63,541 bases of DNA, taken from a virus (lineage: Duplodnaviria > Caudoviricetes). This document shows, piece by piece, positions 17,363 to 28,600 of this stretch (position 1 is its first letter; the number at the start of each line of letters is the position of its first letter). The notes beneath the pieces were generated by a model, which worked only from the letters and a program-made list of their open reading frames with translations, made no database searches and had not been told where the DNA came from. Position numbers and translations under genes: made by a program. The DNA is taken from positions 1 to 63,541 of the IMG/VR virus record IMGVR_UViG_3300034062_004597, one strand, 5' to 3'.

Positions 17363-19003
17363 ATGATTGATCCTAATACACAACCTAACGAACCCGTACT
17401 AACACGGAAGGACTTAAATGACCTTGGTATCGAAGGCGTAGCAGAAGCGAAGGCTTTGCTCTCCCGAGCTATCGAAAAAGGCTCTGACATCGAAAAGCTG
17501 GTTCAGCTTCAAGAAGCTCAAATCGAAGCTACAAAGGCTTTGACGGAAAACTCCAAGCTCTTGCTCGAACAACGCAAAGAAGAAATCGAATCCAACAAGT
17601 TTGACGAACTCAATTCCTCGAACATTGTAAAGCTGTTTGAAGGCGCATCGGAAGATGACCAACGAAAGATTTACGAAGATGCAAGTGCTAAGTTTGGTGC
17701 GCACAACGCTCAATTGGTTCTTACAGGAACTGAAATCGAGAAGGCTGTTAGCCGACAAATTCACCGCGACCACAAGGACTACGAAAAGATCACTGCCATT
17801 CAAAAGGCTAATGACCAAATCTTCCTTGCAGTTGCTGCTCTCGGTGGCTCCAAGGCTACTATGGCTGAAGGTGGAATCCGAATTGACCGAGATGTTCTTG
17901 CACAAGTTAAGGACATGTTCAAGAATGCTGGTGAGAACACCAAGGCTATCAACGATGCCCTTGACTCCATCACTGCTACGGACGGTTTGGAATGGGTTCC
18001 AACGATGTATTCCAGTAACCTTTTGCGAGACGTTTATCTTTCGCTCCAAGTTGCAAGTACATTCCGCCGAATCAACATGCCAAGTGCTACGTACAAGTTG
18101 CCTTACCTCACTAAGCGAACTCGTGCGTACAAGATGGGTCAAGCTACTTCAGCTTCCCCGTTCACTAACCTTGCGAAAGTCCACGGTCTTGACACCGCTG
18201 ACCTGACAATGACTGCTGTTAAGCTCGGCTTTGCACAGTTCGTGTCTGGTGAACTACGAGAAGATTCCATCATTGACGTTGTTTCAGAAATGTACGACGA
18301 AACAGTTTGGGGTCTTGCTAGCGCAATTGACGATGCTTGTCTCAACGGTAGCTTGCTGCTTACCGACCTTGATAACGCTGGTGCTGACGGTGGTGGTACT
18401 CCTGCCAACAACGCTCGTCTCTGGTCTAACACCAACGACTCTGGTGACGACATCCGCTTGAACACAGGTGCTGATGACGCTCGTAACGCATGGAATGGTA
18501 TCCGTAAGTTGACCAACGCTGGTGCGCGACTTGACGGTGGTGGTGTGGCTCCAAACCTCGCTAACTTCCGTGCAATTCGTAAGCTGATGGGCAAGTATGG
18601 CGCGACTGCAAGCAACTTGATTGCTTTCATCAACCCAGCTTCGCAAATCGACTTCTTGAACCTTCCTGAAGTTCTTACCCTTGAAAAGTACGGCCCTAAT
18701 GCTACGGTTCTCGTTGGTGAAATTGGACGACTTGACAGCATTCCTTTGGTTCAATCTGAGTACCAACGAAATGACTACAACGCAAGTGGCGTGTTTGACA
18801 ACGCTACCAAGACTCGAACGATCATCTCCCTTGTTCACAAGGACGGATTCTTGTTCGGTGACCGAAGAATGCCAACCGTTCAATCGGGTGACAACGTTCT
18901 CGCTGACCAATCCTACATCGTGACAACTAACCGTGTTGCGTTTATGAAGCGATTCCAGTCTGCTGACAACATTGCTGCTGAACTCTACAACGTTGCTAAG
19001 TAA
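17363..19003 (+). CDS. major capsid protein (HK97 fold with delta domain)
   Basis: Follows the protease; coiled N-terminus; G.E.VP, VSGELREDS, D.A.LNG, G.IGRLD.IP.V.S; strong codon bias; SD GAAGGA. Confidence 0.92.
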   Translation: MIDPNTQPNEPVLTRKDLNDLGIEGVAEAKALLSRAIEKGSDIEKLVQLQEAQIEATKALTENSKLLLEQRKEEIESNKFDELNSSNIVKLFEGASEDDQRKIYEDASAKFGAHNAQLVLTGTEIEKAVSRQIHRDHKDYEKITAIQKANDQIFLAVAALGGSKATMAEGGIRIDRDVLAQVKDMFKNAGENTKAINDALDSITATDGLEWVPTMYSSNLLRDVYLSLQVASTFRRINMPSATYKLPYLTKRTRAYKMGQATSASPFTNLAKVHGLDTADLTMTAVKLGFAQFVSGELREDSIIDVVSEMYDETVWGLASAIDDACLNGSLLLTDLDNAGADGGGTPANNARLWSNTNDSGDDIRLNTGADDARNAWNGIRKLTNAGARLDGGGVAPNLANFRAIRKLMGKYGATASNLIAFINPASQIDFLNLPEVLTLEKYGPNATVLVGEIGRLDSIPLVQSEYQRNDYNASGVFDNATKTRTIISLVHKDGFLFGDRRMPTVQSGDNVLADQSYIVTTNRVAFMKRFQSADNIAAELYNVAK

Positions 19004-19023
19004 GATTAGCAATTGAGTTAAAG

Positions 19024-19057
19024 AGGCTCCTAGATTTAGGTCTAGGAGCCTTTTGTT
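19024..19057 (+). terminator. intrinsic terminator after the MCP gene
   Basis: AGGCTCCTAGA-TTTAGG-TCTAGGAGCCT-TTTGTT. Confidence 0.85.
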
Positions 19058-19070
19058 GTATAATATAAGT

Positions 19071-19619
19071 ATGCCATTCAAGAATGTCACAAGATCGGGT
19101 GAAATCATGGATTACCGATTCGAGTTAGAACCGGGTAGCCTGTCTTTAATAGAAGACGTGCTTATTCAAATATCCCATGAGCGACGGTACTCCAATAACC
19201 TATCATGGACTGTGTTACAGCACTCGTGTGCTATTTACAGTTGTGCAAAGGCTATGGGCTATGGATATGACTTCTGTAGGTATGCTTTAACGCATGACTT
19301 CCATGAGGCGATTGTACGCGATGTACCAACTCCGATCAAAGAAGCTATTGGAGAGGCATGGTATCGTGTAGAGGATACAGTAGCAAAAAGACTAGCAAAC
19401 TACTTTGAATATCCTATATTGACAGATTTGACAATTGAGGAGCAGGAAGAATTCAAGAAGCTAGATAAGGATTTTGCCAAATACGAATGGATGATGTTCA
19501 TTGAAAATCAAATAGACAGTGTTCCAGAGGTAATTCGTTCCTCGATAGTTTCGGTTCTTGGTATCGAGCGTAAAGACTTGATAATCCGTGTTGCAGAAAC
19601 CTTTTTGAACTTACCATAA
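19071..19619 (+). CDS. HD-domain 5'-deoxynucleotidase (YfdR/YfbR-like)
   Basis: RRY...TVLQHS, ALTHDFHEA..D.PTPIK, K.LD; TATAAT 6 nt before ATG. Confidence 0.85.
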   Translation: MPFKNVTRSGEIMDYRFELEPGSLSLIEDVLIQISHERRYSNNLSWTVLQHSCAIYSCAKAMGYGYDFCRYALTHDFHEAIVRDVPTPIKEAIGEAWYRVEDTVAKRLANYFEYPILTDLTIEEQEEFKKLDKDFAKYEWMMFIENQIDSVPEVIRSSIVSVLGIERKDLIIRVAETFLNLP

Positions 19620-19641
19620 ACCGCAGTGGTATAATATCTTT

Positions 19642-20121
19642 ATGCAGACGCATAAGTTAATTCTGAATAACACTGGGAGTGTATACTCCAACATGTCCGT
19701 AACAGGACTCGAATACGGATGGAGTGTTCTTCTAAATGAAGAAGCAGCGAACTATCTACTTAACGAACGGCAAGGCTTTGTACAGCAAGAAATTGATGAC
19801 GAGACTTACGAATATCTGGTTCAAATTGCAGGGTACGATAGCCCATTTGTTCTCGATGATGTGCTTGCACTTACTAGCAAGAATTATTTTTTCGCTTCCG
19901 ACGATTCTGTAAGCGAATTGCTCGGAGAAAACGTTAAGATTGACGTAGAGGCTACGGTGGCTTCAAACGATTCCGCAGAGGCTGGGGTCGCTGAAACAAA
20001 TGCTGACCTAGCTGCTCTTACTGCCGACGTAAGTGCTGGATCAACCGTTGTTGAAGATGCACCAGCTACTGAGAATGCACCAGCTAAGGCTCCTAAAGGC
20101 AACACAGGGCGAGGTAAGTAA
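19642..20121 (+). CDS. hypothetical acidic protein (possibly virion-associated)
   Basis: 159 aa; TGGTATAAT 6 nt upstream. Confidence 0.7.
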   Translation: MQTHKLILNNTGSVYSNMSVTGLEYGWSVLLNEEAANYLLNERQGFVQQEIDDETYEYLVQIAGYDSPFVLDDVLALTSKNYFFASDDSVSELLGENVKIDVEATVASNDSAEAGVAETNADLAALTADVSAGSTVVEDAPATENAPAKAPKGNTGRGK

Positions 20122-20732
20122 TGTTAGGCCTTGTAGACGTGGCTGACCTGGCTGTAAGGCTTGGATACCAGACTGATGATTTGCATTTGATGGGGCAACT
20201 ACAAGTGGCTATTGCCGACGTAGGTGCTGCCATTGAAACATACTGCCAAACATCGTTCCAACCAACCACGTCTACAAGGCTTTACAATGGCACGGATATT
20301 GCCACACTATCCCTGAAGGATTTCACACGAACTGTATCCGGTGTAAGGGTGGATTATGGCGATGGAGTTTTCGTAGCGTTGACTGGATGGGCATTGCAGC
20401 CATCAAATCCTCGAAGAAAAGATGGGGCAGGCAATCCGCTGTACACCTACATCGTGCTGAAGCCTAGCGCAGACATTCTAGTGTTCCCTCACGGTGTAGC
20501 AAACATCGAGGTGGCAGGAACCTTTGGTATGACGAAGTTACCTGCACAAGTAATTGCTGCCCTAGCAATGGGTGTAAGGCACTGGTTTAATCTTAGGGAC
20601 TACGACGAAACCAAGGCTGTTAACTCAGGTGCTGGCAGGTTGATCGAAGAGGCCAGAGACGTAGATTATCTACCAACTGCTGCCCGTAACCTGTTAAGCA
20701 CATACGTCTACCGAGGCTTTGATAATTCGTAA
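20121..20732 (+). CDS. head-tail connector/adaptor (gp6/gp15-like)
   Basis: AAIETYC, NIEV.G.FG..LPA.V..A, LP..ARNLL..Y; position in the module. Confidence 0.8.
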   Translation: MLGLVDVADLAVRLGYQTDDLHLMGQLQVAIADVGAAIETYCQTSFQPTTSTRLYNGTDIATLSLKDFTRTVSGVRVDYGDGVFVALTGWALQPSNPRRKDGAGNPLYTYIVLKPSADILVFPHGVANIEVAGTFGMTKLPAQVIAALAMGVRHWFNLRDYDETKAVNSGAGRLIEEARDVDYLPTAARNLLSTYVYRGFDNS

Positions 20733-21124
20733 TGATTGCAGATTCCAACGTTAAAGTATCCATCTATGGCAGCAAGAAATTAGCTGCCATTAACAGAATT
20801 GTGCCTGACCCAGAGAATGTAGTTCTGGAGTACGTAGAGGGTATCTACACTGACCTTAATGCAGGCCCACTGGCGCAGCAGCAAGGCTTTGACGCAGATA
20901 GTCTATCAATGCAGTACAGGTTGGTAATCAATGTGAGTAGAACAGATTTTTTGAAAATTAAGACTGGAATGTTTGTCTCGATAGATTACATTAAGCATCC
21001 AGACACAAAGAGTTTCATCAATGCAGAACTGCCGAAGGAGCAATTTCTCATTAAGTATTTGAATCCTGTGTACACTGCAAGCAAGACTGTCACAATGACC
21101 ATTGCGAGGTTGCCAGCAGGATGA
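20732..21124 (+). CDS. putative head closure protein
   Basis: Synteny and size. Confidence 0.5.
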   Translation: MIADSNVKVSIYGSKKLAAINRIVPDPENVVLEYVEGIYTDLNAGPLAQQQGFDADSLSMQYRLVINVSRTDFLKIKTGMFVSIDYIKHPDTKSFINAELPKEQFLIKYLNPVYTASKTVTMTIARLPAG

Positions 21125-21828
21125 GAATAAGACCTGGCGGTAGTCGGATGACTTTCGACGTAGTTGGGGTTGAGATATTCCAGCAAGAAGTTCTAGCCAC
21201 TTTGACGGGCATGAACGAAGAGGTGAAAGCACGTTTTACCCAGAAAATGGCGAGTGCAATCATTGCTGAAGCGAAACGCAATATCCGAAGAAACAACCGT
21301 CCCACAAGGTATCCTATGACTGGAAACTTAGCTCGTTCTTTAAGGTACGAAGTAACGGTTCAAGGTTTCGATATTCTGGCTGGCGGTGAAGACGTACCGT
21401 ATGCTCGTCTTATGGATGAACCGAAAGGCACATACGAACGTATATGGTCTAATACAAAATCATTGAACTTTTATTGGTACCGTCATGGTCTTGATATGTC
21501 TAAAAAGTCAATTAACAAGCCAGGTACAGGATTTCTCAGTGAAGCAATTGACACAGTAGCGTCTTCCAGCAAAATGGATGTGATATTTGGAGATGTTATT
21601 GATGATGTAAACAAGGGCATGGCTACGCAGGGACGTACGATAAAGCTGGATGACTCTGGTGCAGGTAAATACCGACTCGGCTCTCTCAGCCACACAAAGG
21701 CACAACGAATGGGATTGGTTAAGCAGACAGGCAGCGGCTACGCTCTTACCAAAGCAGGGAAGCAGTACGTAAATTTGACACCTTCCCAAAAAAGAGCTTT
21801 TAGAAAGATTGCGAAAGGAAAATTATGA
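21121..21828 (+). CDS. HK97 gp10-like tail completion protein
   Basis: TGNLARSL, VPYA, FL..A motifs. Confidence 0.7.
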   Translation: MRIRPGGSRMTFDVVGVEIFQQEVLATLTGMNEEVKARFTQKMASAIIAEAKRNIRRNNRPTRYPMTGNLARSLRYEVTVQGFDILAGGEDVPYARLMDEPKGTYERIWSNTKSLNFYWYRHGLDMSKKSINKPGTGFLSEAIDTVASSSKMDVIFGDVIDDVNKGMATQGRTIKLDDSGAGKYRLGSLSHTKAQRMGLVKQTGSGYALTKAGKQYVNLTPSQKRAFRKIAKGKL

Positions 21829-22616
21829 TTTCAGATGTTAGAGTTTGTCACGATCTTGTAGATCAATTATCAACCCTTGGAGAAGTCCTTGGAACAACTT
21901 CACATACCACAACGGTAGCAAGTTGGTTTGGTGGATCAGAACACACAATGGTCTTGACAGCACCACTCCCAACTGTCGCAGGTAGCTATGAAGCCTGGAG
22001 AAACACCATTGTGGAAGTAACAATTTCAGCCAATCCTAAGATGAAAGCTATGTACGCCATTGTCGAAGGTGCAGAAGGTAATGGTGCTAGAATTCGATTG
22101 GCTAGTCCATTCCCTAAGAATAGGAAACCAGCACCTGGAGACACAATCAAGATTAGTGGTGGGCCTCTAGGGGCAGCAGTAGTTTACTTCGCTAACCCAG
22201 ACACAATCGAGTATGACATTACTGAAGGCAAGAAGTTCTTTGTCATGGTTAATTCACTAGAAGGAAGTTATGAGATTAACAGCCTAAGTGGTTCTGACAG
22301 AGTTCGTAAGGGTCAAGCGAGTACAGAGTGTACGATTGACTTCGAGATTACTTGTGAGACCTACCTAACCACGGGCAGCGTAGTGGGTGAGGATGGCGTT
22401 CAGTTCATACAAACCGAAGAGTCCATATACAGGGCTATCTATGACGCTCCAAAGCTCAAAGAACAGGTAGCTCGTGAAGTTATGAAGTACCTAGCTGCTG
22501 GATGTGACAATAATTTCTCAGCACCAAGTATTGATTGGGAATACGCTATTGGTGAACGAGCTAATAGACGTTTAATGAAGATCACCAACCTATCCACATC
22601 AGTAACTACTCGTTAA
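21825..22616 (+). CDS. putative tail terminator/structural protein
   Basis: Synteny only. Confidence 0.45.
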   Translation: MISDVRVCHDLVDQLSTLGEVLGTTSHTTTVASWFGGSEHTMVLTAPLPTVAGSYEAWRNTIVEVTISANPKMKAMYAIVEGAEGNGARIRLASPFPKNRKPAPGDTIKISGGPLGAAVVYFANPDTIEYDITEGKKFFVMVNSLEGSYEINSLSGSDRVRKGQASTECTIDFEITCETYLTTGSVVGEDGVQFIQTEESIYRAIYDAPKLKEQVAREVMKYLAAGCDNNFSAPSIDWEYAIGERANRRLMKITNLSTSVTTR

Positions 22617-22642
22617 TTCGATTGTGGTATAAATATAGTAGC

Positions 22643-22894
22643 ATGGACAGAATCGTAAGAAAAGTCATTTATATCGCAGGCGCAGGTCTCGAACTAGCGC
22701 ATAAGCTGGAAGACGGGACATTATTCATCCCAGGTGGAGAAGTAATTGAGGTGTGCGATGCAGACTGGCACCGTCTTATGACAAGTGGACTATTTGAAGA
22801 TAGAAGTGTAGTACCTCAAAGCGTACTAGATGTTATTGAACCAAAGGTCGAAGACAAGATTTCTATTGCTGACAAGAAAAAGGGTGATAACTAA
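22643..22894 (+). CDS. hypothetical protein
   Basis: ATG after TGGTATAAA; coupled to the tail tube gene. Confidence 0.6.
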   Translation: MDRIVRKVIYIAGAGLELAHKLEDGTLFIPGGEVIEVCDADWHRLMTSGLFEDRSVVPQSVLDVIEPKVEDKISIADKKKGDN

Positions 22895-24615
22895 TGTACG
22901 ATTTTACAACCGCTAATCCGATCTATGCAGACGCAGCTTCAAGGCTGACAGAACAAACTACGGCAGTTGCCGCTGGTACCACCTTTGCGGTAGGTTCCAA
23001 CTTTGGTACAAACGGTAAACACGCTCTTTTGCGTTTTGTTACTACTGCTCTTCTGGCTGCACAAACAGTTGTTGATACCAACCTAACTTTCACAGTTGCT
23101 ACTACAGCTACAAGCTCCGGTGCTTTCGAGCTTTGGGCTTCTGAATTTGGCTCGACTATCGACCATAATGACTACGCTAAGCCAGCAAACAATAAGTTTG
23201 TCAAACTTGGTGAAGCTACTGGTGTTGGTGATGTCCACACTGGACGTGTGCGTATTGGTACTTTAGCTCCTGCAGCTACATACACCGCTGGCGATGTTAT
23301 AACGATTGCGATTCCTAGCCGATTCATTTTCCGTGGTGATGGTATTGTTGCTAAGGTTTCTGACTTTGAAATCAGACCATCTGTAACTGGTGTGCCTGCT
23401 GCTGGGCATATCATCACTTTTCACGGCCCAGGTGCAGCTTCAGACGCCAACAAACCTCGACTTACAGGTTACCAATACACTGACGACGAAATCTATGCAG
23501 GTGCTGCTGCTCCTCACCGATACATGGCTGTGGGCGGTGACTCCTACGTTGGATTTGCTATCGAAGCTCTGGAAGGTATTCCTCAGAAAGCAGTCTACAT
23601 GTTGGACTACCTGACACACTCCCTTGACTCGTACGCTACACGTATCAACTCCAACGCACGAAACGCACAACGACAACGACCTCGTAAGTCTGCTCTTGGA
23701 CGTGCTGGTGCTGGTGGATCGCTAAGTATTGAGTTGACTCCTGAAAAGTGGACTCCACTTTTGACAGGATTCTTTGCGCTGCAATCAGGAACAACTTCAC
23801 GACTTGTTAATGGAGTTACCATTTGGGATAAGACGTTTAAGGTAGGCGATACCAAGGCTATCAAGACCTTCACACTTGTTACCCGTAAAGGGCCATTCCG
23901 TGAAGTGTTCTACGGGGCAAGACCGTCCACAATGTCAATTTCCGCTTCGATGGACTCTGCTGTTACCGCTGATATTGACTTTACATGTATCGACAAGATC
24001 GTGTATGACGAAGACGCCGCTGGTATCAATGATGTCTTCATCCAAAATACCGCTGCAGCTTACGATACCACAGACAATAGCTTCTTCTCATTCACTGGTG
24101 CGCGAGTTACTTTTGATGATAAGGAACTTGGAGACTCGGTACAAAACTTCAGCGTTTCGTTCTCACAAACCGTTAACGAGCGACGCGGACTTAACCGAAG
24201 ACGACGTATCACTGGAACCTACGCAAGTATCTTTACTGCGCAAGTTAACTTCAGTATGTACTTCGACAACGACCTTCAGTACAGAAACTACATGGGAGAC
24301 GCTGCTCGTGACTATCCTTATGAAGCTAGCTGTACTCTAGGATTCCAAAAGGTTATCTTCGAGCTTGCTGCTGACGGCTGTAACGTTAACAAGAACACAA
24401 TGCAAATTGAGTTCCCTAAGATTGGTTACGACACGATCTCTGCTCCTGCGGATACCGACGAAGCTATTATGCTTAGTTGTTCAGCCACAGCGAACTTCAG
24501 TGAGTCATCGGGTGCATCGGTTATCGTTCGAGTTTCTAACTCTGAACCAGTGGCTGTATACAGCGCAATCGCTAACAACGAAATCACCATTCTTCCTCCT
24601 GCTCGACGAACATAA
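22894..24615 (+). CDS. major tail tube protein with N-terminal extension
   Basis: Highly expressed codon usage; tube-like C-terminal ~360 aa; followed by terminator, chaperone and TMP. Confidence 0.8.
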   Translation: MYDFTTANPIYADAASRLTEQTTAVAAGTTFAVGSNFGTNGKHALLRFVTTALLAAQTVVDTNLTFTVATTATSSGAFELWASEFGSTIDHNDYAKPANNKFVKLGEATGVGDVHTGRVRIGTLAPAATYTAGDVITIAIPSRFIFRGDGIVAKVSDFEIRPSVTGVPAAGHIITFHGPGAASDANKPRLTGYQYTDDEIYAGAAAPHRYMAVGGDSYVGFAIEALEGIPQKAVYMLDYLTHSLDSYATRINSNARNAQRQRPRKSALGRAGAGGSLSIELTPEKWTPLLTGFFALQSGTTSRLVNGVTIWDKTFKVGDTKAIKTFTLVTRKGPFREVFYGARPSTMSISASMDSAVTADIDFTCIDKIVYDEDAAGINDVFIQNTAAAYDTTDNSFFSFTGARVTFDDKELGDSVQNFSVSFSQTVNERRGLNRRRRITGTYASIFTAQVNFSMYFDNDLQYRNYMGDAARDYPYEASCTLGFQKVIFELAADGCNVNKNTMQIEFPKIGYDTISAPADTDEAIMLSCSATANFSESSGASVIVRVSNSEPVAVYSAIANNEITILPPARRT

Positions 24616-24638
24616 GATTGTTTCCATGAGTTGCCTCC

Positions 24639-24670
24639 TAACCCCTCAGTTTCTGAGGGGTTATTTTTTT
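24639..24670 (+). terminator. intrinsic terminator after the tail tube gene
   Basis: TAACCCCTCAG-TTT-CTGAGGGGTTA-TTTTTTT. Confidence 0.9.
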
Positions 24671-24687
24671 AGGGTATAATAATAATA

Positions 24688-25419
24688 ATGAGTTCACAGA
24701 ATCCTCGACCTGGAAAGCCACAACTACCAAAAGTTCCAGAACCACCTAAGCCATATAAGTTTTCAAAAGCGTCCAGAGACCTTTACCCGAAGGTATTCTG
24801 GCTAACTGGCGACTCAGAAAAGAAGTTACCAAACACAACAGAGACCGACTATGTATCGGACGGTCAGTTTGCGTGTCTGTGCCGTCCTTGTACGATGTGG
24901 GACGCCATTGCCTACGAGAACCTGTACGGTGAAACAACTGACATTACCATTGCTAGAGCGCACTGGTTTATGAGCATCTACTATGAACAAAGCATTGCTG
25001 CCCAACAACAAAACGATGAACAGTTAAGTGCGATTGCAGAGTTGCTACAAAAGGTGGAAACTCCTAAAGGAAACTTCTACGTTACTCCTTACGGCCCAAG
25101 CATGGGATTGATTCAGGACATGGCTAGGATCGTAGGATTCCTATTCTCTCGCGGTGGACGTGTCGTAGGGCAACAAGGTAATGGGGAGTACACTACAGAT
25201 GATGTAACTCCTGATATGGTTCTTCAGAGACTATCACCGCACGATTTCATGGATTCCACGGACGAAGAAGCTGGTAGGCTACTCTGGTATACCCTCATCA
25301 TTCATGGAAACCTGTGGGACGATACTGTAGCCAAGGAATCTACCTCTGATGTGGATAAAGAAGCTATTCCACAGGATGATGAAATGGGAAACTCAGTCGA
25401 GTCGAGCAGCGAAGGTTAA
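24688..25419 (+). CDS. tail assembly chaperone (lambda gpG-like)
   Basis: Between tail tube and TMP; GGTATAAT 7 nt before ATG; slippery site near its end. Confidence 0.75.
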   Translation: MSSQNPRPGKPQLPKVPEPPKPYKFSKASRDLYPKVFWLTGDSEKKLPNTTETDYVSDGQFACLCRPCTMWDAIAYENLYGETTDITIARAHWFMSIYYEQSIAAQQQNDEQLSAIAELLQKVETPKGNFYVTPYGPSMGLIQDMARIVGFLFSRGGRVVGQQGNGEYTTDDVTPDMVLQRLSPHDFMDSTDEEAGRLLWYTLIIHGNLWDDTVAKESTSDVDKEAIPQDDEMGNSVESSSEG

Positions 25420-25664
25420 TTCGTAACGCTCAGGCAAACAGCAAGAAAGTCCAGAAGCTAGTGGTTGAGGAAAAGCGATCACTACAGATGCTGGACTACG
25501 ACTTCATGGATTTGTTAGGACTTCTCGGTTCACACTTCCCTACACTCGTGTATCCAGACGTTATGCACATACCACTTAGGTTGGTATGGGAATATGCAAA
25601 ACGAGCTAGATATATGGAACAATTAGATATGTACAAGCTCAATCTACAGCTTATGTCCGGTTAA
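25386..25664 (+). CDS. -1 frameshift extension of the tail chaperone (gpGT-like)
   Basis: In-frame G GGA AAC at 25386-25392; the -1 frame is open (GKLSRVEQRR...) and continues into ORF 25461..25664. Confidence 0.8.
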   Translation, partial: GKLSRVEQRRLIRNAQANSKKVQKLVVEEKRSLQMLDYDFMDLLGLLGSHFPTLVYPDVMHIPLRLVWEYAKRARYMEQLDMYKLNLQLMSG

Positions 25665-25669
25665 CCATA

Positions 25670-28600
25670 ATGGCAAGAAACAAAACCTTAAAAGCAACTT
25701 TAGTAATCGACGCAGATGTTAGCAAAGCTAGCAAAGCGGTTGCGGATATTAAAAATGCAGCCGCTAAAGGTATTAACACACCTCAAGATAGACGTTCTTA
25801 CGAAAAGAAAGTTGATACAGCCATTAAGGACACATCAGCTAGTGCCGCAAAGACTACTGCTCTCGGGCAGGCTGAATCAAAAAGAGCCGCTGCTATTCAA
25901 GCCGAATTGCTTAACTTACTAAAGGGTCAATTAAAAGCTATAGGTGGTCGAGACCCTAAAACTGGTAGATTTGTTGGTATGGTGGATGCCACAGCCAAGG
26001 ACAAAGCCCTGGTTTCTGCTGTCGTTGCTGCTATTAAAGCTGCCAACCTTGGCCCCCAGTTTGACGCTAAAGCAGGTATTACGGGTAGGATGACTGCTGC
26101 TGCTCGTGCGCGAAAAAGTTTGGAGTTTGCTTACGCTCCGCCATCAAATGATCCATCAGAGCGAAGATTTCAAGAACAGGCTAGAGAAGCATTAGGACTA
26201 CTAAAGACACAAGAAGAATTAAAAGATTCTGTTAAAAAAACAATCACGTCTTTAGAAGATATGGCTGGAGATTATCGTGATGCTGCCGATAGTGCGCAAG
26301 CGTTAAACATCGGCGCAACAAAGCTAAATACCATTCTCGCCAATCTTACAAAAGAGCAAAAAGCCTTTAACGAGGCTATGGAAAGAGGTGTCGCACTCTC
26401 CAAAGAATTCTTTAATGGTGTTGAAGGTGAAGCAAAGAAGGTTGCTAAGTCTGCCTCGCAAATTGCTAAGTCTCTGGAAAAGCTGGACGCTAGCCAACTA
26501 ACTTCTGAGCTAAAGAAGATTGATACCGCTTTTGACAAGGTAAATCTTAAAGCACAGAATCTCGAAAGAAAGCTGGCTAATGCAAAGAACAGTCCTCAAG
26601 AAGCTGCAAAAGCTGCTGAAAGGGTTAAAGAACTTAATGCGCTGGAAGCACAAAGAACCGCCCTGCTCAATTCGCGTAATGCAATTCTTGCAAGACAAGC
26701 AAAGATACAAGGTGAGCGAAGCGGTGTTGAATCTCTTTTAAGACCATACCAACCAAATCCTAACCAAAGCCAGACTATGGCTGATAGCCGTATGGTTCGG
26801 TCAGGTTACGAAGACAAAATGCACAAGCTACATCGTAGAATTACCAAGACTGGTGATATTGACGATGCTATCTACAACCAAAGCCGTGCAGAATTGGAGA
26901 GTAGTTACCGGGCAGTTCGAGGTGTAAAAAACCAATTAGGCCAAGAACTCGATGCAGGTGTGTACACAGGTTCAGACTTAGCAGAAGCTAAGAAAGCCTA
27001 TGAGCGCATGGAAGCACTTACCAAAGCTCACTTTGAAAAGTTGGAAGACTTGGAAAGAGCCTACGAGAAGCAAAAGACTCATGGTTCATTGCTCAATAAG
27101 AACTTAGATCAAGATAGAGCAAAAAATGCTGATCAAGAGGCACGAAACAGAGCGTACATCAAGATGATTAAAAAGCTAGCTGCTGCTCGTGCTGAGGCTG
27201 AAAGTTTTGCGGAAAATGACAATTCGTTTAAGGCTCGTAGAGCTAAGAAAAGATACCTTCGTCTACAAGAAAGTAGCCTTAACCCGTTAGCAGATTTGCT
27301 GCAGGGCAAAGCTGGTACCAATCCAATCAAGGCGCAGGCTTTGGGTATCTATGGTCTTGATGCTAACTTAACTGCTCCAGAATTTCGAGAAGCGTACAAC
27401 GAACGAACTCAAGCTGCTCGTGACGCTTACCAGCTTTCAAAGCGAAAGAACTTCTATGAAATTGCTGGTGCTAAGCTAAAGGGTGGATTCAAGTCGCAAG
27501 GATTCAGAGACTTCCAAGGTAGATTTGGATACGGTCTTGGTATGCTCGGTGTTGGTCTGGGAGCAGGTGGATTTGGCTACGCCGCCACAAATCTAATCAG
27601 AGGTACTGCAGGAGCATACATTGATAGAACGTCTACTGAAGCAGGACTCGCTGGTTTAACCAACACCTATACTCGGTTCCTAGATAGCAATGGTAGGAAT
27701 GTGTCTCCTGCTGGTAATTTTACGGCTTCTGTATTCTCCGCTAAAGCACTGTACACGCGTCTTAGAGAGGCTTCAAAGGAGACCCTAGTTACACCACAGG
27801 AACTAGCTGAATCATTCATGTCCGGTGCGCCTGCGCTCCGTAATAAGGGTTTTAGCGAAGATCAAGCATTGAAACTCACTTCGCGCATTGTCGCTATGGG
27901 TAGGGCCATGAACCTTCCTTCGGCAGCTATCCAATCAGACATCCGTGACTTTGCTCGTGGATCGGTTACTCGTAACTCTCAGGTGCTACAAGCTCTGGGC
28001 CTATCTACGACAGGATTAAAGGAAGCAACAGCTAAAGGCCCAGAGGCAGCTATGGCTTACTTTAATGAAAGGGTTGCAGGCTTTGAGCCAGCGTTTAAGA
28101 AACTACGAGAAGAACTTCCGGGCCAAATCAATGAAATGCGAATCGAGCTTGAAAAAGCTGCACAAGACATTGGTATGTATGCTACTCCAAATATTATCAA
28201 GGGTATCCAAACAATTCGTAAAGAATTGGTTAGCTTCGGAGAAAGTGGTGGTTTTGAGAAAATAGGTACACAGCTAGGCGACATGATTTATGGCCTTAGC
28301 AACATGCTAAATGGCATAATGCCCATTATTACGACCCTAACCGCTTCCCCACTAAATGCAAGTTTGGGTGTGCTGAGCGGAACGCTTGGTTTGGTTAGTG
28401 TGCAGGCATTTGCCGCATCAAAGCCTTGGGCAGCTTTAGGGGCGGCTGTTGTTTTGACTACGGGTATTATTATAGACCAAACTAAGAAGTTGCAAGATAG
28501 TGCGGTATTGGCACAGTCTGACAACGCTGTTGACTTATTAAGGTATAAACCTGATGAATCTGCAAAATACGATGCAAAATTTGATTATCAAGAGCAGTAC

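Noticed and set aside
17414-19108. Long antisense and alternate-frame ORFs over the major capsid gene (also over the tail tube and TMP)
   Set aside because: Expected shadows of strong codon bias; no motifs or start signals
2246-19619. MazG-like plus HD hydrolase as a Z-base (2-aminoadenine) pathway
   Set aside because: No PurZ homolog in the window and the genes are unlinked
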